A stretch of 64,000 nt of DNA from Eledone cirrhosa (Eukaryota), in the NCBI GenBank assembly GCA_964016885.1, contig OZ024743.1, positions 153,450,001 to 153,514,000 of the forward strand, given 5' to 3'. The position numbers and the translations under genes were made by a program. Shown piece by piece: positions 1 to 14,337 of this stretch (within the stretch, counting starts at the first letter, position 1; the number at the start of each line of letters is the position of its first letter). The notes beneath the pieces are model-generated. The model searched no databases. It was not told where the DNA came from and saw only the letters and a program-made list of their open reading frames with translations.

Positions 1-854
1 AAGATTTTATACAGAGAGTTTTTATTTCTTTTTTAATTTCTGATTCTAATTTGTGAATATTTTAAAATATTATGATATACTTTGAACTTTCCAGAACTGA
101 TGAAATAGTTGAACAATTTATAGTTCAGATAATGTTTTGAATTTTGTGTAACATTACATACATTTGAAACTTTCAATTCCTTTGATTTTCCAGATGCATG
201 TAGCAACCTTTAGGTGAGTAATTTCCATAAAACCTATTTCAACACATACAAATCTCACATATTTAAAAATATAATGGATATTGTTCAATGAAAACATATA
301 TAAGAAATGATCGAAAAAATTATTTATTTCACATATTGCTGATATGAATAATCAAACAACTACACTGGTAAGTTTCCTATGATAAATTATTCTGTGAAAT
401 ACACTTTTTATTCCCTTGCCATACTACAAAAATATATAAGACAGCAGAATATTAGAATAGTAGATATTTGAATATAGCTGAATCTGTTTAGCATTTTCCA
501 CCTGTCATTAAGAAAGGTCATCAAAGGTTAACATTTAAAAGATAAATTTTCCAGATTCTTAGTCTAGCTTAAGTTATGTATATGAAAAATTCATAGCAAA
601 ATCAGAGAGAACACAGTTTTATTTAAAACACATGCACATACTACAAATAAGCAAGCATGAACAATCATGATTAATGTTCCACTATATATATTAGGATGGG
701 AGGTATATTTAATTATCTTCAGTTTCTTGAAAGTTGTATGATATTGAACACATTGTTGATTATCACACAGAACTTATTAATTTTGTTAGCTATTACAGTC
801 TATGCAAGATAGAAATAGTAGACATTGAATTGTGACTGGTAGATAGTATCAGCA

Positions 855-2823
855 ATGGAAAGAACAATGGAAATGGTGGAACAAACACAAGAGAGGTATT
901 TATTTAAGAGTAAGCCACTGTATCTAGCATTTGTAGATCTGGAGAAGGCTTTTCACAGAGTCCCATGCTCTTTAATCTGGTGGGCACTTAGGAACTTAGG
1001 AGCAGATGAATATTTTGTGAGGGCCATGCAGCCCATATATAGAGGAGTAACCAGCAGAGTGAGAGGTGGCAAAGAATACAATATTAAATTTAAAGTGCAG
1101 GTGGGGGTCCACCAGGGATCAGTCCTTAGTCCACTCAAGTTTATCATTGTACTTCAGGCAATCACCGAGGAGTTTAAAACTGACACTCCATGGGAGCTCC
1201 TATATGCTGATGACCTAGTCCTCATAGCTGATCTGTAGGGGAGTTACAAGCAACATTTCAAGTATGGAAGAAGAACCTAGCAATGAAATGCCTTCAAGTA
1301 AGTTTAGCAAAGATGAATGTTGTAATAAGTAGGAAAGAAGACAGGAAGGTGATACCATTAGGAAAGTGGCCTTCTTCAGTGTTTCAGAAAGGGCTGGGCA
1401 AAATTCCATAAGATGCACCCAATATAAATTATGGATGCACAAACAATGCAGGTAGGCTAACAGAAAAGATAAACTTCATATGTAATAGATGTACAGGGGA
1501 AGTGAGCACAAAGAGCACATTTGAAATAGATTTGCTCAGCTGCGAGGGGAGTTCTCTAGAAATTGTTAACAGCTTCTGCTACTTAGGAAATCAAATTAGT
1601 ACTGGAGGAGGATGTGCTCAAATTGTAATAGTTATGATAAGAATAAGCTGGAAGTTATTTAGAGATCTATTATTACTGTTAACATGAAACTGTTTTCTGT
1701 CAGAGTGAAGAGTAGACTGTATGATGCTTGTGTGTGAAGTGTATTGTTATATGGTAGTGAAACATGGGCCTTGACTGCAGAAGACCTGAAGTGGCTAGAA
1801 AGAAATGATCCGAGTATGCTTTGATGGATGTGTAATGTTAGTGTGCATGAGTGACATAGTATGAGCAAACTGAGGGAAAAACTTGGCATGAAAGGAATTA
1901 GATGTAGTGTGGAGGACAGAAGACTGCATTGGTATGGACATGTGATGCACATGGAAGATGGCAGTTGCATAAAGAAATAATGCAGAGAAAATCCAGTGGT
2001 TGGATTATCACTATTGACTACCATTGTATAGAGAAAATCCAGAAGTGGCAGACCCAGGAAGACATGGGATAAGGTTGTGAAGACCAACATTTAAAATCTA
2101 AACCTCACAACAGAAATGACTAAAGATCATGAGTGCTGGTGTTATGTGGTGCTGAAGAACCCAACCTGCACCATACAATGTGTTCTGATCTACCCACAGG
2201 TCCCCTTCTACTAGCACTTTCTAACTGTTATTCTCCACATCCTCCCAACCTCACATTACCTCACATGCCCCCCAACCTCCAAATTCTTAGCAACTTCCCC
2301 CTCTGGAATATTTGGTGACAGGAAGGACATCCAACCATATAAAGCTTGCTAAACAAATAATCAGGAGGACCCTTCAGTCATGTCAAGGACATGACAGCCT
2401 CCCTAGTGTTTGCTGATCTACATGGTAAATGCACGCTGCACACACTGTAAAGTGGTTGGTGATAAGAAGGGAATCCATCCATAGAAAACCTGCCAAACAA
2501 AAGGCTAGGAGTGCCCCTCAGTCATCTCAAGGATATGACAACCTCACTAGTGCTGGTAATCTACATGATAAACACACCCAGTACATGCTGTAAAGTGGTT
2601 GATAATAGGAACGGCATTCAGTCATAGACATCTTGTCAAACAAAGGATAGGTAGGACCCTCATTTTTGTCAAAGATATGACAACCACTCCTGTGCATTCA
2701 GTGGAATGTGAGACCATACATAAGAGAGACACAGTCCTCTGGTCTGTGTGTGAGATCAGTAGCTACATTTCAGTACTAACTTAGTCAAGGGAAAATGGAC
2801 GTTAAAATGATGATGATGATGAT
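855..2823 (+). mobile_element. RTE-clade non-LTR retrotransposon, 5'-truncated and decayed (RT, thumb, 3' UTR, (GAT)n tail)
   Basis: ORF 855-1238 has RT motifs FVDLEKAF, GVHQGSVLSP and LLYADDL. Broken downstream frames give LYDACV..LYGSETW and RLHWYGHV. The 3' end is GGACGTTAAAA(TGA)n at ~2797-2823. Confidence 0.92.
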
Positions 2824-3364
2824 AATCAGAAAATTTGTAAAAGCAAAAGAATTAAACGGTTTTAAATAAAGCCCCCATCCTTCACAATATACATACATCC
2901 CCACACATTCATACACATATATAGCCTGGGGACAAAGATAAATGGTTATATTTCAAATATAGGCTATCGCTTGCTCTTGCATCTCTGTTCAGATATTAGA
3001 TACTAAGTTCAATTTGTTTACCTTCATCATGTACCAAATAGTAAAATGACTTCCTTATATTTTTTTACTCTATGCATCCGCTTCTGGTTTATAAAATTCA
3101 ATTGATTTTCCAGTAACTAATTTCTTTCCTTAATAAATAATTTATCCCCTCCAATTTTGTATCTCATCTGTGTCTACACATTCAGTTAAACAAAAATAAT
3201 AAGCCAGTTGATGGCAGAAAGAAGATATGAGATATAAGATAAAATAGTCTTCTTCCACATCTTATTCACTATTCATTTATAGGTAAGATCTTACTTTTAG
3301 CAATAATATTTATCACATTATGCAGTTTTGGGAAAGGTATCTATACAATGGTAGTCAATAGTGA

Positions 3365-3795
3365 TAATCCAAATTTTCAAAAAGGGATATAATAGAGATT
3401 GCTCCAATTATAGACAGATCTCCTTGTTAAGCTTCCCTGGTGATGGTTGATGCTAAATGTTTGGCAAAGAGTTACAGGGATATTTTCTAGTCCAAGCCAG
3501 CTGACGAACAGTGTAGGTTTTACTTTGGATGCTGCACAGGTGACCAAATATTTATACTGCAGCAGGTGTTTGAGAAATCGTGTGAGTATTTTCAAGAGGT
3601 GTATGCTTTATTCGTAGACCTCAAAAAGGCATATGACCATGTTCCATAGGACCTGTGTTGGAAGGTTCTGCAGGAGTATGGGATTGGTTTTCAGCTTTTT
3701 GGTCCCTGGTTTCTCTATATGAATGCTCTAGTATTTGTTTGGATAAATGGTGCTAAGGCAAAACCTTTCAATGTGGGTTGTCAGACTCCACCAAG
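3365..3795 (+). mobile_element. Old RTE-type reverse transcriptase fragment (different family)
   Basis: Manual translation with stops and frameshifts: IFKKG..DCSNYRQISLLSFPG and DQIFILQQVFEKSCEYFQEVYALFVDLKKAYDHVP. Confidence 0.8.
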
Positions 3796-5199
3796 TGTGA
3801 GAGAGAGAAAAAAAGAAGTTTAAGTGTGCTCATTGGCAGTACATTATTGAAAGTGTCATTCTAAATATAACTGCAGAATTTCTTTTGGAAATACTTCAAT
3901 ATAAAATGCAAATAAATATTGCTGTACTACTATTTCAACAATAAGATTTAGTTCCTTTTATATGCTAATTTGATCTCACCAACATATATTAGATATTGGT
4001 TTGAAGGCTGTCTTAATGAACATATTTACAGAAAAGAGCCTTTAACACTAAGTTTGAGACAGAGAATTTACAAGCTTCAGACCTTTGGCAGTTTGAAACA
4101 TAATTCCCTATAAAGTATCAAACCAAATATGACATAAATGTAAGAATATTTTCTACTACACACCATCTAATGTAATCAATGATCACATACACACTACAAA
4201 GTTTTCTGGATTCAGCCTGAAATAAATTTCATCCATAAATAATATTAGATGATTTCCATTTTTTACTCTTTGAAAATGTTTGAAATTTTATTTTAAAAAG
4301 TGTAAAAAAAAAAAAAATACAATAGTTGTACGTTTTATTCTTGGCATTGTCATTTTTTTTATTGAGTTAGTAATAATCAATGATTGTCCACAGAACACAC
4401 ACAATTTGATATCTGCATATTCTGTCCACAACACTTGATTCTGTATAAAGTCTATTCCTATCTATTTATAAACGAAAATAACAATTGATATTAAGTTGGG
4501 GAGAACAGATATATAATCATGTATACAAATATGAACATAAATATTGAAAAGTTTAACATATCTAAGCAGTACACATAATAGAATTTGTTTTTATTACCAT
4601 AAAATAAAGTCAAATTTATGAGCAATCAGGTCTAAGCAATAAATGTCATTTCAGATTTTTGTTGAAGAACATTACAGCTTAAGAACTGTTATTCTTAACG
4701 TTGCCATTTCATTCTGGAAATATTTATCTTTTGTCATAGACACCAAACACAGGTAAGTTGCTTGGAGCAAATTTAAATATCTCTTCACACTTTAGTTGTA
4801 AGTGTTCTTCTTTCCAGCATACCCCAATATTATCACTACAAACATCAGCATTATCTTCACTAACTTTAAATATATTTTTCTATATCATATATTGTATATG
4901 ACAAGTTAATAAATTCAAATATATTTGAAATACATCAGTAATGTTATGGTATAATTATACTCTTTCAAATGTTAATTTCATGTATAACATAAAATGGTAT
5001 AATACATGACATAAATCATCCTATATATAAATATATTTTTATAAAGGCTTTCATATTACATGCAACAGAAAACTTAAAAACTTATGCATCATACTGAGAA
5101 TGTCCATTACTTTACATCTATTTAATAATTTCCTCATAGCTACAGGGAAATCTGTTTTTTTTTCTGAGCAAGCCTAGCAAACTTGTTGAAATAGTTAAA

Positions 5200-5305
5200 A
5201 TAATTGTTTCTACTTTTGGCACAAGGCCAGCAATTCACCAGTACATTACTGGTACTTTATTTTATCGACCTCGTAAGGTTGAAAGGCAACGTTAACCTCG
5301 GAGGG
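5200..5305 (-). mobile_element. SINE family A, 3' part
   Basis: Reverse complement of the GAGGTTAAC..GCCTTTCA..GGTCGATAAAATAAAGTACCAGT..GGCCTTGTGCC..GTAGAAACAATTA sequence seen at 11.2, 12.1, 26.8, 32.2, 34.7 and 39.3 kb. Confidence 0.8.
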
Positions 5306-6027
5306 ATTATAATATTATTCATTAAGCTAATGTATTTTTCTCACCACATATTTATTTGTAAATTGTTTATTATTAGGTTTTGATGGTTACTATACTACAT
5401 AAAATTTAATTCTTCTTCTTCTTCTTTCCTAAGACGTGCTAACCACATGCCCATAGTATCGGAGCTGTAATCTCTCTATTCAGAGAAGAAGTGACTCTAC
5501 CTGGACCAACTCTTGATCTCCGAGCTACTCATTCTATCGAGTAACATTATTCCAAAGACTTACAGGAGGAACCCCATTTCAGCCATTTGTATTCGTGATT
5601 AAATTGACAAGATTCATGACCATAGCGAATACTGATATAATTGTTTATATTCTTAGCTCCACACAAGCCTTGAACAAACAAGATTTAATCAAAGGCATTT
5701 CAATCATGAATAGTCCATTCTTCTTTCAATATTGTGTATATAGAAATATATTAGCTAATGTGCACTCTTTTTAAAGCAAGTTGGGTGTAATTTGAAGGGT
5801 ATTCTACTGTAATTTCGAATTAGTTGAACTACACTGCTGAGAATTCTATTCATTTCAGATATAGTAAAACAGTTTTCTGGTAGCAAAAGCAACAACCTCA
5901 CTACTTTTTCAAATGAATACTTTAAATTTCTTTCACATGTGAAATATTAAATAATTATTTAATATTTACATTTTTTTTTGTTTATATTCTACTTCTTTAT
6001 TCAGAAGTAGATCATCACAAAGAAGAT

Positions 6028-6837
6028 TCATCATCACTGTTTTACGTCCGTTCTTCCACGCTAGCATGGGTTAGATGGGTTGTCCTATTGTGGGCAGTGT
6101 CTGGTCGGCTGACCATGCCTTGCTCATACAGGAACTGATTTGGCTTGATTTCTACAGCTGGATGCCCTTCCTAACACCAACCTCATTTACAGTGAGTGCT
6201 AGGTGCTTTTTCGTGGTGCCTGCACGTCCACTTTACAGTGTAGGCTGGGTGCTTTTTTGCCGTGGTACCTCCACGACTACCTTGCAGTGGGAGGGTGTGG
6301 GGGAATATTGTCTATATGCTTCAGCTTGTACCCATGGGAGGTCGGGTACTCTGTATTACTGCATGACACCAGAGGTCACGGTCATGTGTCCTCGTCTTTG
6401 AGAGGTGTAATTGGGTAAGGTCGGCTTTTATCACCTCATCCCAGGTCATCTTGGGTCTCCCCACTCCGCGGTTTCCATCGACTTCTAGTGCTCTGCACCT
6501 TTTTATGCAGCTGTCATCCTTCATACGCATCACATGTCCATACCAATGCAACCGCCTCTCCTGCACACAGCATTTGATTCCTCTTATTCTCAGTCTCTCT
6601 CTCAATTCATTTATGCTTTGTCGTTCACGTATATTACTATTACACATCCATCGGAGCATGCAGGCTTCGTTTCTCTCTAATCTACATAAGTCTTCCACCT
6701 TCAGCGCCCAGGTCTCACTACGATGTAACATTGCTCTTCGGATACACGCATCATACAGTCTGCCTTTCATTTTGAGGGAGAAGCCTTTTGCAGTGGCAGT
6801 AGTTCTCTGAACTTCTTCCATCCCGTTCTTACCCTAA
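6028..6837 (-). mobile_element. RTE LINE 3' fragment
   Basis: ORF 6321-6821 (LYDACIRRAMLHRSETW, ERRLHWYGHVMRM, GRPKMTW). Its 3' UTR matches 24537-24970 and 44560-45030, and it ends in a (GAT)n tail. Confidence 0.92.
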
Positions 6838-7714
6838 TTTGCCAAACTGGTACAGTTTGCCCAGATAGTAGTGATAAATACCTTCAAAATTCATATTACT
6901 TTATCTTAAATGATTCAAATGATTTCATTTTCAAATATAAGATACTAACCTGTTTAGTAAAACATTTTAATAATAGTGAAATAATTTCTGTCACTACCAT
7001 CTGTTCTCTACTGGACAGGATCCATACATTTGGTGTAAATAATATTCAAATGATTTATATAACTGAGTCTTTCTAATGTTTCCTTCCTTTGAAATATTTA
7101 GTAAATTACAAGCTTCATTTTAATTGGTCCTTTTGTTTTATATTCATGAGAAAAGGATCCGTTTTATATCTAGCTATTTCATAGTAAGAATAGAGTGTTG
7201 AATGACAGGTGGATGTTCTTTGGTCTGAAGTGATGTGTTCCCTTTATCAACAAAACAGCCTGCTTCATGAAATGAATGTACAAGTGGCTGAGCATTCCAC
7301 AGACATTGTAGTTCTCAGGAAAATTCCACATGATACAATGTGTTGCAAAGCTGGTATTTTGAAATACATGTTCAACTTATTTTTGCAACTAAGCCACAAA
7401 TAATAATTCTATATTTTGGGTTCAGTCCCACTACATATCACCTTGGGAAGGTATCTTCTACTCTGGTTCCAGACCAAGCAATGCCATGTGAGTGCGTTAT
7501 TTGGATGGAAACTGTCAGGATGCCCATTAGATATGGTTAGCATTATTTCAAGAATCGCTAGTAAATTTTAAACCCAATACGATGGCGTATTGCTTAATGT
7601 GATCTGAAATATAGTAAGCCTGATATAAAATGTTTTGATCATGACTGGAATACTTTTAAAAGAAGCACACTTAAATAACAATAAAATTAAAGCCTCTACA
7701 TCATCACTTAGTGA

Positions 7715-8100
7715 CTTGAAATAGCAGAAAATCTCCCTCAATTAACACCTCTTAAAAAAGAGGATACATATTAGATAATGTTGTCTTAAATACCCATCCA
7801 TAACATTAGACCTTCATGGTTGGGGCATTTTTCATTAGAGATCCATTTGATTTAAACTGTCTTAGTGCAAAACAGTAACGTATTACATGGTCACTCAAAC
7901 TGCTAGAAATATAACAACAAAATCTAACTCAAATTGCACAATACTATCTTGAAAAAGAAAAGACACATTCGATTATGTAGTTCTAGATTTCTGAAATGAA
8001 ATGGTGTGATAGTTATGACTTGATTAGCATTTATCATAGTCAAATTCATCAGACTAGGCTGACTCAGGGCTAAACTACAACAATAAAAACAACAACAATA
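7715..8100 (+). repeat. Two diverged tandem copies of an old interspersed repeat with a (CAA)n-like tail
   Basis: The motif GAAATAGCA..AAATCT..CTCAAAT..CAC..CTTAAAAA..ACACATT.GATAATGT recurs here and at ~8370, ~36300 and ~43630, and in reverse at ~5700-5830, ~32800-32950 and ~45200-45300. Confidence 0.55.
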
Positions 8101-10875
8101 GCTAATGTGATAGACTTAATATTCAACCTTCCATGAAATTGATACTAATAGTTGCTAGTATCTAAATATATTTTCCATATCAGTTTTCAACACAATTTCT
8201 TCAGGATCAGACCACAAATATTTTACATCAATTTTCTGTATAGTAACAAGCACCATAGGACAAGAACAGCTTCTACCAACCCGAAGCAACAATGTGATTG
8301 CAATCTCAATTTGAAGTAATATTACCACACTGAAGTCCTCTACATAATCAGTCCACGTGATACAGATGACAGTGAAACTACTCTTAAAATACACCCTGCT
8401 GTCTTAAAAGTAGCAGCAAACATTAGTTAATATGATCCTGGATACACATCAGCTAAAATAAGTAAACAATGTGAATATCATTGCTTGAATGCCTTTAATC
8501 AAAGTCTACTGAATCAGGGTTGTTCCAAAGCTAAAGAGAACTATGACCAATGTTTTTCTTTTGAAATGCATCAATGTCATTATGTTTAATTTTCCATTAA
8601 AAAAAGACACAATTATTTATAAAGTTGTCTTGCAAAGTTATCTTGGAGAGTGTCACATGAAAAATAATGTAGCAATTAGTTTCGTATTTTGGAGATTTAA
8701 GTTCGAATACCACTGTGGCCAGATCTGTCTTTCATCTGTCCAATGTCTATAAAAATAGTACAGTAAGATAGTTAATTCAACAGACAGTATTTTAGCCATC
8801 CAAATGTTGGCCTTATCTCTAGGTAAAAAAAAAAATAGAAATCAATATTTTCGTCTGTATATTCTCTAGAGAATTTTTCTAATCTAATAACAATTCAACA
8901 ACCAGCTCTAACCTCTTCATTGATCTAATCTGAAATATATTAGAATTTATTGTCTACACCTCGAATATTACTGAAGAATAGCCATGAAATCAGTGTGGCA
9001 TTAACAATAATTTATTTCTCGTAAGTTTACTGGTCATTTTATTAGCATTGAATTAAATTATTGGTACACTGCTAATTGACATTTAAAAAACTTTCTTATA
9101 TCATCAAGTTTTCTTCTTCGATTACACTTTCTGCCCTTTAAAGATTTTAGACATCTCTTACAGCTCATTTTCATAAACAAGATTATCATGTCACAGATGG
9201 TTTTTATTTCAAGAAACTCTACTCAATTTTCTATTCCAAATGAGAAATACAAACCTAAATAAAGTGGTTTGGTTAAAGCTATTGTTTCTCAAGATTCCAT
9301 TAATTGAATTAACATTTTAGCAGTCTATAACCACAAAGTTCAAGAAATTATTTCCCTCAAACAAATGCACACATCCAAGTATATATGTGCATAAATGAAT
9401 ATTATTATCTAAAATAAGCTTAATAGAACATTTAATTAATTCTAGACGTTTTCAATTCAGTGCAGGATGAAGTTTCATTTAATTAAGACTTCTATTCCAA
9501 TAAATGGCTTAGTCTTAAAAGTGGTAATGTACACGTATAATTACTGCATAAAATTATGCATAAGTCACATCTTCCATTAAATAGGATGTGAAACATCAGC
9601 ACAAGGACCTACTGAACCTATAAAACATTAGTTCAAAATATATGGTGCATTGTAAATGTTGTATACAATATGGGAATGCATCTTATCTACCAATGCAACT
9701 TATACACAAGTATATACAATAATTATACAGCCAAATTATAATAGCTCATTGTTCTTTTTTAAATTATGGTTTAGCCCATATGACGAAGGCCATACTGGAG
9801 TCAAGGCTTAAAAGATTTAATTGATCATAATGACTGCTGCTTATTTTATTTTTTCCTTTTTTCTGAAATTCCTGTGTTATCAGACATAAATAGACACATT
9901 ATAAGCAGCAACAGGTTTATATCAGTGTAAACATAAATGCACAGATACACAGACATAAACACACACATGTATATATATATATCATCATCATCATCATCAT
10001 CATCGTTTAACGTCCATCTTGTACACTTGCATGGATTTGGAAGATATATATATATTAATAATAAGGGTTGATGGACCCAGCATATTTACCAATGCCAGTA
10101 CCGGTTGTATCTCAGCACACTCAATGGGCAATGTAAGATACATTACCAGAGTATACACATAGTTATTTGCCTCAACACAACACACGTTAAACGCGTGCCT
10201 ATAAGGTTCCCGGATTCGAGTTTCTGCAGCACTAATGCAGCAGCAAGATGCATTGCACCATCTGTCTGCATATATTATGCAACAATGCACAATCGGCTTA
10301 TGCAGCTTCATCAGTGGGTATCGCCTAATCAATAACCAATCGATCGACATAATCCAAACACCGGCCCGTGCCGGTCATGACTGTTTGTGACAACCGACAC
10401 GGTAAAGCGATTAACTGGCAACCGATAGGACTTTACCTCTCAACTAGCCGCTGATTTATAAATTTTACGTGGGGACAGGAAGCTAAAAAGCATCAATCTA
10501 TTAGTTCCTGTCAGAAGCTCTCAGCCAATGTGTCTCACACACAAATTATCAAGGGGTGAAAAGATGGCTATTAGAAATAGCAGTTCACATTGATATAAAA
10601 TAGAATGGTAGCTTTCGGTTCATGTCTCCAAGCCCCATGGCTAGAGGAAAGCGATGGTAACAATGGTAGTGCCAAGAACCTTTAACGGACTTTAAATGCA
10701 ATCATCCATTATATACCAATATAGTAGCGAGCTGAAATGTGTCAGCCACGTGCATAGATAACCAGTCTAATTCACAACTTAAAAGAGTGAGAGACAAAAT
10801 TAGTAGCAGGAAAAAGAGTGCATATCAAAACAAAAACACAATAAAAAGTGAAAAATTGTTTAACTTACTCTCAAT

Positions 10876-10949
<74 letters not shown>

Positions 10950-11179
10950 TGGCCTACACAGTTTAGTCAAACTGATGTAGTGGGAATTTTAGAACTTGTA
11001 AAATAATCTCTAAATTTTTCTCCCCAAAGGACAAATGTCTACAATGTTAGATTTTACTTACTCCATGTGGTAAATTAATTTGTTTTATCTATGAGCTTTT
11101 ATAGGTTACCTTTTGCCAATGCAGTCCACTACTGTTTTCCTTGGTTTAAACATTTTTATACAAATTTTATTAACATTAT

Positions 11180-11355
11180 TTATGGTAGAGATTCCGATGC
11201 CATGCTTTGCAGCAGAGAGTTATGACCCTTTATGATCTGAGTTCAAATCCCGCTGAGGTTAACTTTGCCTTTCATCCTTACAGGGTCGATAAAATAAAGT
11301 ACCAGTAATACACTGTGATAATTACTGGCCTTGTGCCAAAAGTAGAAACAATTAT
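11180..11355 (+). mobile_element. SINE family A
   Basis: tRNA-like head (GGTAGAG.., B-box GAGTTCAAATCC) plus the conserved body and 3' end shared by multiple copies in the window. Confidence 0.85.
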
Positions 11356-12056
11356 TTATGCATTAGATAAGTAGCATGTGATTATAAAATGCTGAGAATG
11401 ATGAGAAGTGTTATATAAATATTTTATTCTTGGTGGATTGGTGGCAGAGATGGTTATTTCAACTTTTATTATAGCACAAACTATAAAGTTAAGCAAATAA
11501 TTATAGTCTAAACATGTCATGATAACTATGCCAGGCATTAGCTTGGCTAAAATTAATGATTCAGATATTTTAAAGATCTTTTATGAGTTATGTTTTTCAT
11601 ATACTCTAAAATATTACTTCTAATGACATTTTAGTTAGTTTAGTATTTTATTTTATTTTTCAAGTTTACAAATACCTTTTAGTAAATATATAGTAAGACA
11701 TCATGATAAAGAGGTTTATGCATATTTAATGTAACATATATTGTCACCAACAACTTCCATGATATTAATATATATGTATATACATGTAGACAAATAAACA
11801 AAAGGGGGTATGTGTGTGCATACAAATGAGATAAATTACAGCAGTGCATTATTTATGGGAAAATGAAGATTCACAAATACCCAAAATCTGTAGTTACCAA
11901 TCGTTGGATTTTTATTGAAAACTGGAACTGCAAGATTTATGTTTATGTGTTAAGTTTTTCAGAAACAGACGAATTGTGAATGGTTAGCAAATTATTATGG
12001 AAAAAATCTAAAATTAAAAAAGTGATTATTGAATGAATACTGTTGAAAAATCATTG

Positions 12057-12201
12057 AAGCATAGAGTTACGTCCCTTTATGATCTGAGTTCAAATCCCGC
12101 CGAGGTTAACTTTGCCTTTCATCCTTATGGGGTCGATAAAATAAAGTACCAGTAATGTACTGGGTATGTGCTGGCCTTATGCCTAAAATAGAAACAATTA
12201 T
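12057..12201 (+). mobile_element. SINE family A, 5'-truncated
   Basis: Close match to 32215-32352. Confidence 0.85.
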
Positions 12202-12959
12202 TAATGAAACAAAAGTCGAATGAAATTAAAATACTATTAACATTCTGGATGAGTCCAAATCTTTCAATGGTGGTGTTCCCGTATAATCACTGCCTGCAGA
12301 ATGGAATAAATATAGGTACTAAAAAGTATGTATTGAAACATTGAATGATGCAAGGGCATCAACTGTTATAATAATATTTATATAACATAAAATTCTTATT
12401 CATCATCATTTTACATTTCCACTTTGGCATCGGTTAAATGGTGTTTCATGGTGTGAGACTAGACAGGGTGTACTAGGAGAAATATTCTCGTGGCACCATC
12501 ACCTTTTTCCAATGTGTACTGGATACATGATATCGTGGCACCAGCACTAGAAAGGTGATCATAAGCTCATCCAAACTAAAGAGTTCACTCAAACTAAATA
12601 TTGTCTTCATTTGATTGTCAACACTGTAGCTTCTGATCTCTCAATATATATATTTATTGTGCTGCAGTGCTTGTATAAGTAGGCAGATCTTTGGTAAAAT
12701 GGCATATTGTCAGTCACGTCATGCATGTGTCATATCCTTTGTGAGGTATAGTTTCTTGAGGTCATTCTTCATAACATGTCTTCCTAATATTCTCTTTTCT
12801 ACAGATTCCTCTATTTCAAGAACTTGGTTCTTTTTTAAACAACTCTTTCTCTTTTTATGTGTCACATGACCATACCAGTGTAATCATCACTGTTTTATAT
12901 GCTATAACGAATTCCTCTTTTGCTCCGTACACATGTGCTCTGTCGTTCATGTACACATC

Positions 12960-13545
12960 CAGCATAAAATGCATGCTACATTTCTTTTTAGCTTCTGAGG
13001 TTCACCTGCGCTCAGGCCTCATGTCACAGTTCCACGACACATAACAATTCAAATACCAGCATCATATAATCAGCCCTTCACTCTCCGAGGGAAGCTTTTT
13101 GTAAACCAGCTGCAGTTATGTTTCATGAACTTCTAATTTCATAACTGGAAGAACATTATTTACCATCAGGAAAGTTTAGAAAAACTTCAACAGAATGCCT
13201 GCAATAACTGGCAAATTTAGGTTTTCTATTTAAAATACCAAGAATCATCATACATATACATCATATGTCCATACCTGCATGTTTTCCCTCATGGACATAA
13301 CATTTGATTCCTCTTATAATCAATTTTTCTCTTAGGTCATCTATGATTCACTATTCATATGCATTAGTATCTGCACTTCATATGCCAGCATCATAGAGCC
13401 AGCCTTTTGTTCATAGAGAGAAGCACTTTGTTGTTAACAGCAGGGGTTTCTCCCTGAAATTCTTCCATCCCGTTTTTAATCCAGTTACCATACTTTCAGG
13501 GAAAACTGATCAATTGTTCATGATGTCACCTATTTCAATGGTGCA
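12960..13545 (-). mobile_element. Two highly decayed RTE thumb-region fragments
   Basis: Reverse strand yields GWKNFRE and LYDAGI-like remnants twice, homologous to 6600-6830. Confidence 0.55.
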
Positions 13546-13843
13546 TTCCTGGGATTGGAAATGTTCACTTTTAATAGAGAAATGGCTTCTACAGGACTAG
13601 AATTGTGTCATTCAAAAGAAATCATCAGACTTTCTTCATAATTTATATACTCCCCCCCCCCCCCCCACACACACGCACATATATTATGTTGAAATATATA
13701 TTTATCAGTGATTTTATTTTTAAAATGTTTAAATCGTACCTCCCTTTTGAAATTGCACCATTAAAATATTTTTCCTTATGAAACAATTTATAAAGAATAA
13801 ACATTGATGATAAGTGTAATTTGATTCTCCTTCGTGAAATTCT

Positions 13844-13845
<2 letters not shown>

Positions 13846-13919
<74 letters not shown>

Positions 13920-14228
13920 ATATATATACATATATACATATATAAGTATGTATACGTACATACATATATGTATACATACGTACAGTAGTATGTATATATA
14001 TATATACATACATGCACACATATATATATGTACGTATGGATTCACCGAACATTTATTATAATACTCGGTGTGTTTGTATATGTGTGCATGTATGTATATA
14101 TATATATATACATACTAATGTACGTCTGTATACATATATGTATGTACGTATACATACTTATATTTAAGTAACAGCCGTACTAAGAGTGACAAATGAAATT
14201 TCGTTTCATTTTTTCCGTTTATATATAC

Positions 14229-14324
<96 letters not shown>

Positions 14325-14336
14325 ATATATATATAT
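13846..14336. repeat. (TA)n / TATG compound microsatellite
   Basis: Seen directly. Confidence 0.95.
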
Positions 14337-14337
14337 A

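Noticed and set aside
2313-2690. Regularly spaced repeats as a CRISPR-like array
   Set aside because: Whole units are homologous with no unique spacers, and the context is a eukaryotic LINE 3' UTR.
8155-8394. 79-aa minus-strand ORF in AT-rich sequence
   Set aside because: No recognisable motif or splice support, and it begins inside an interspersed repeat.
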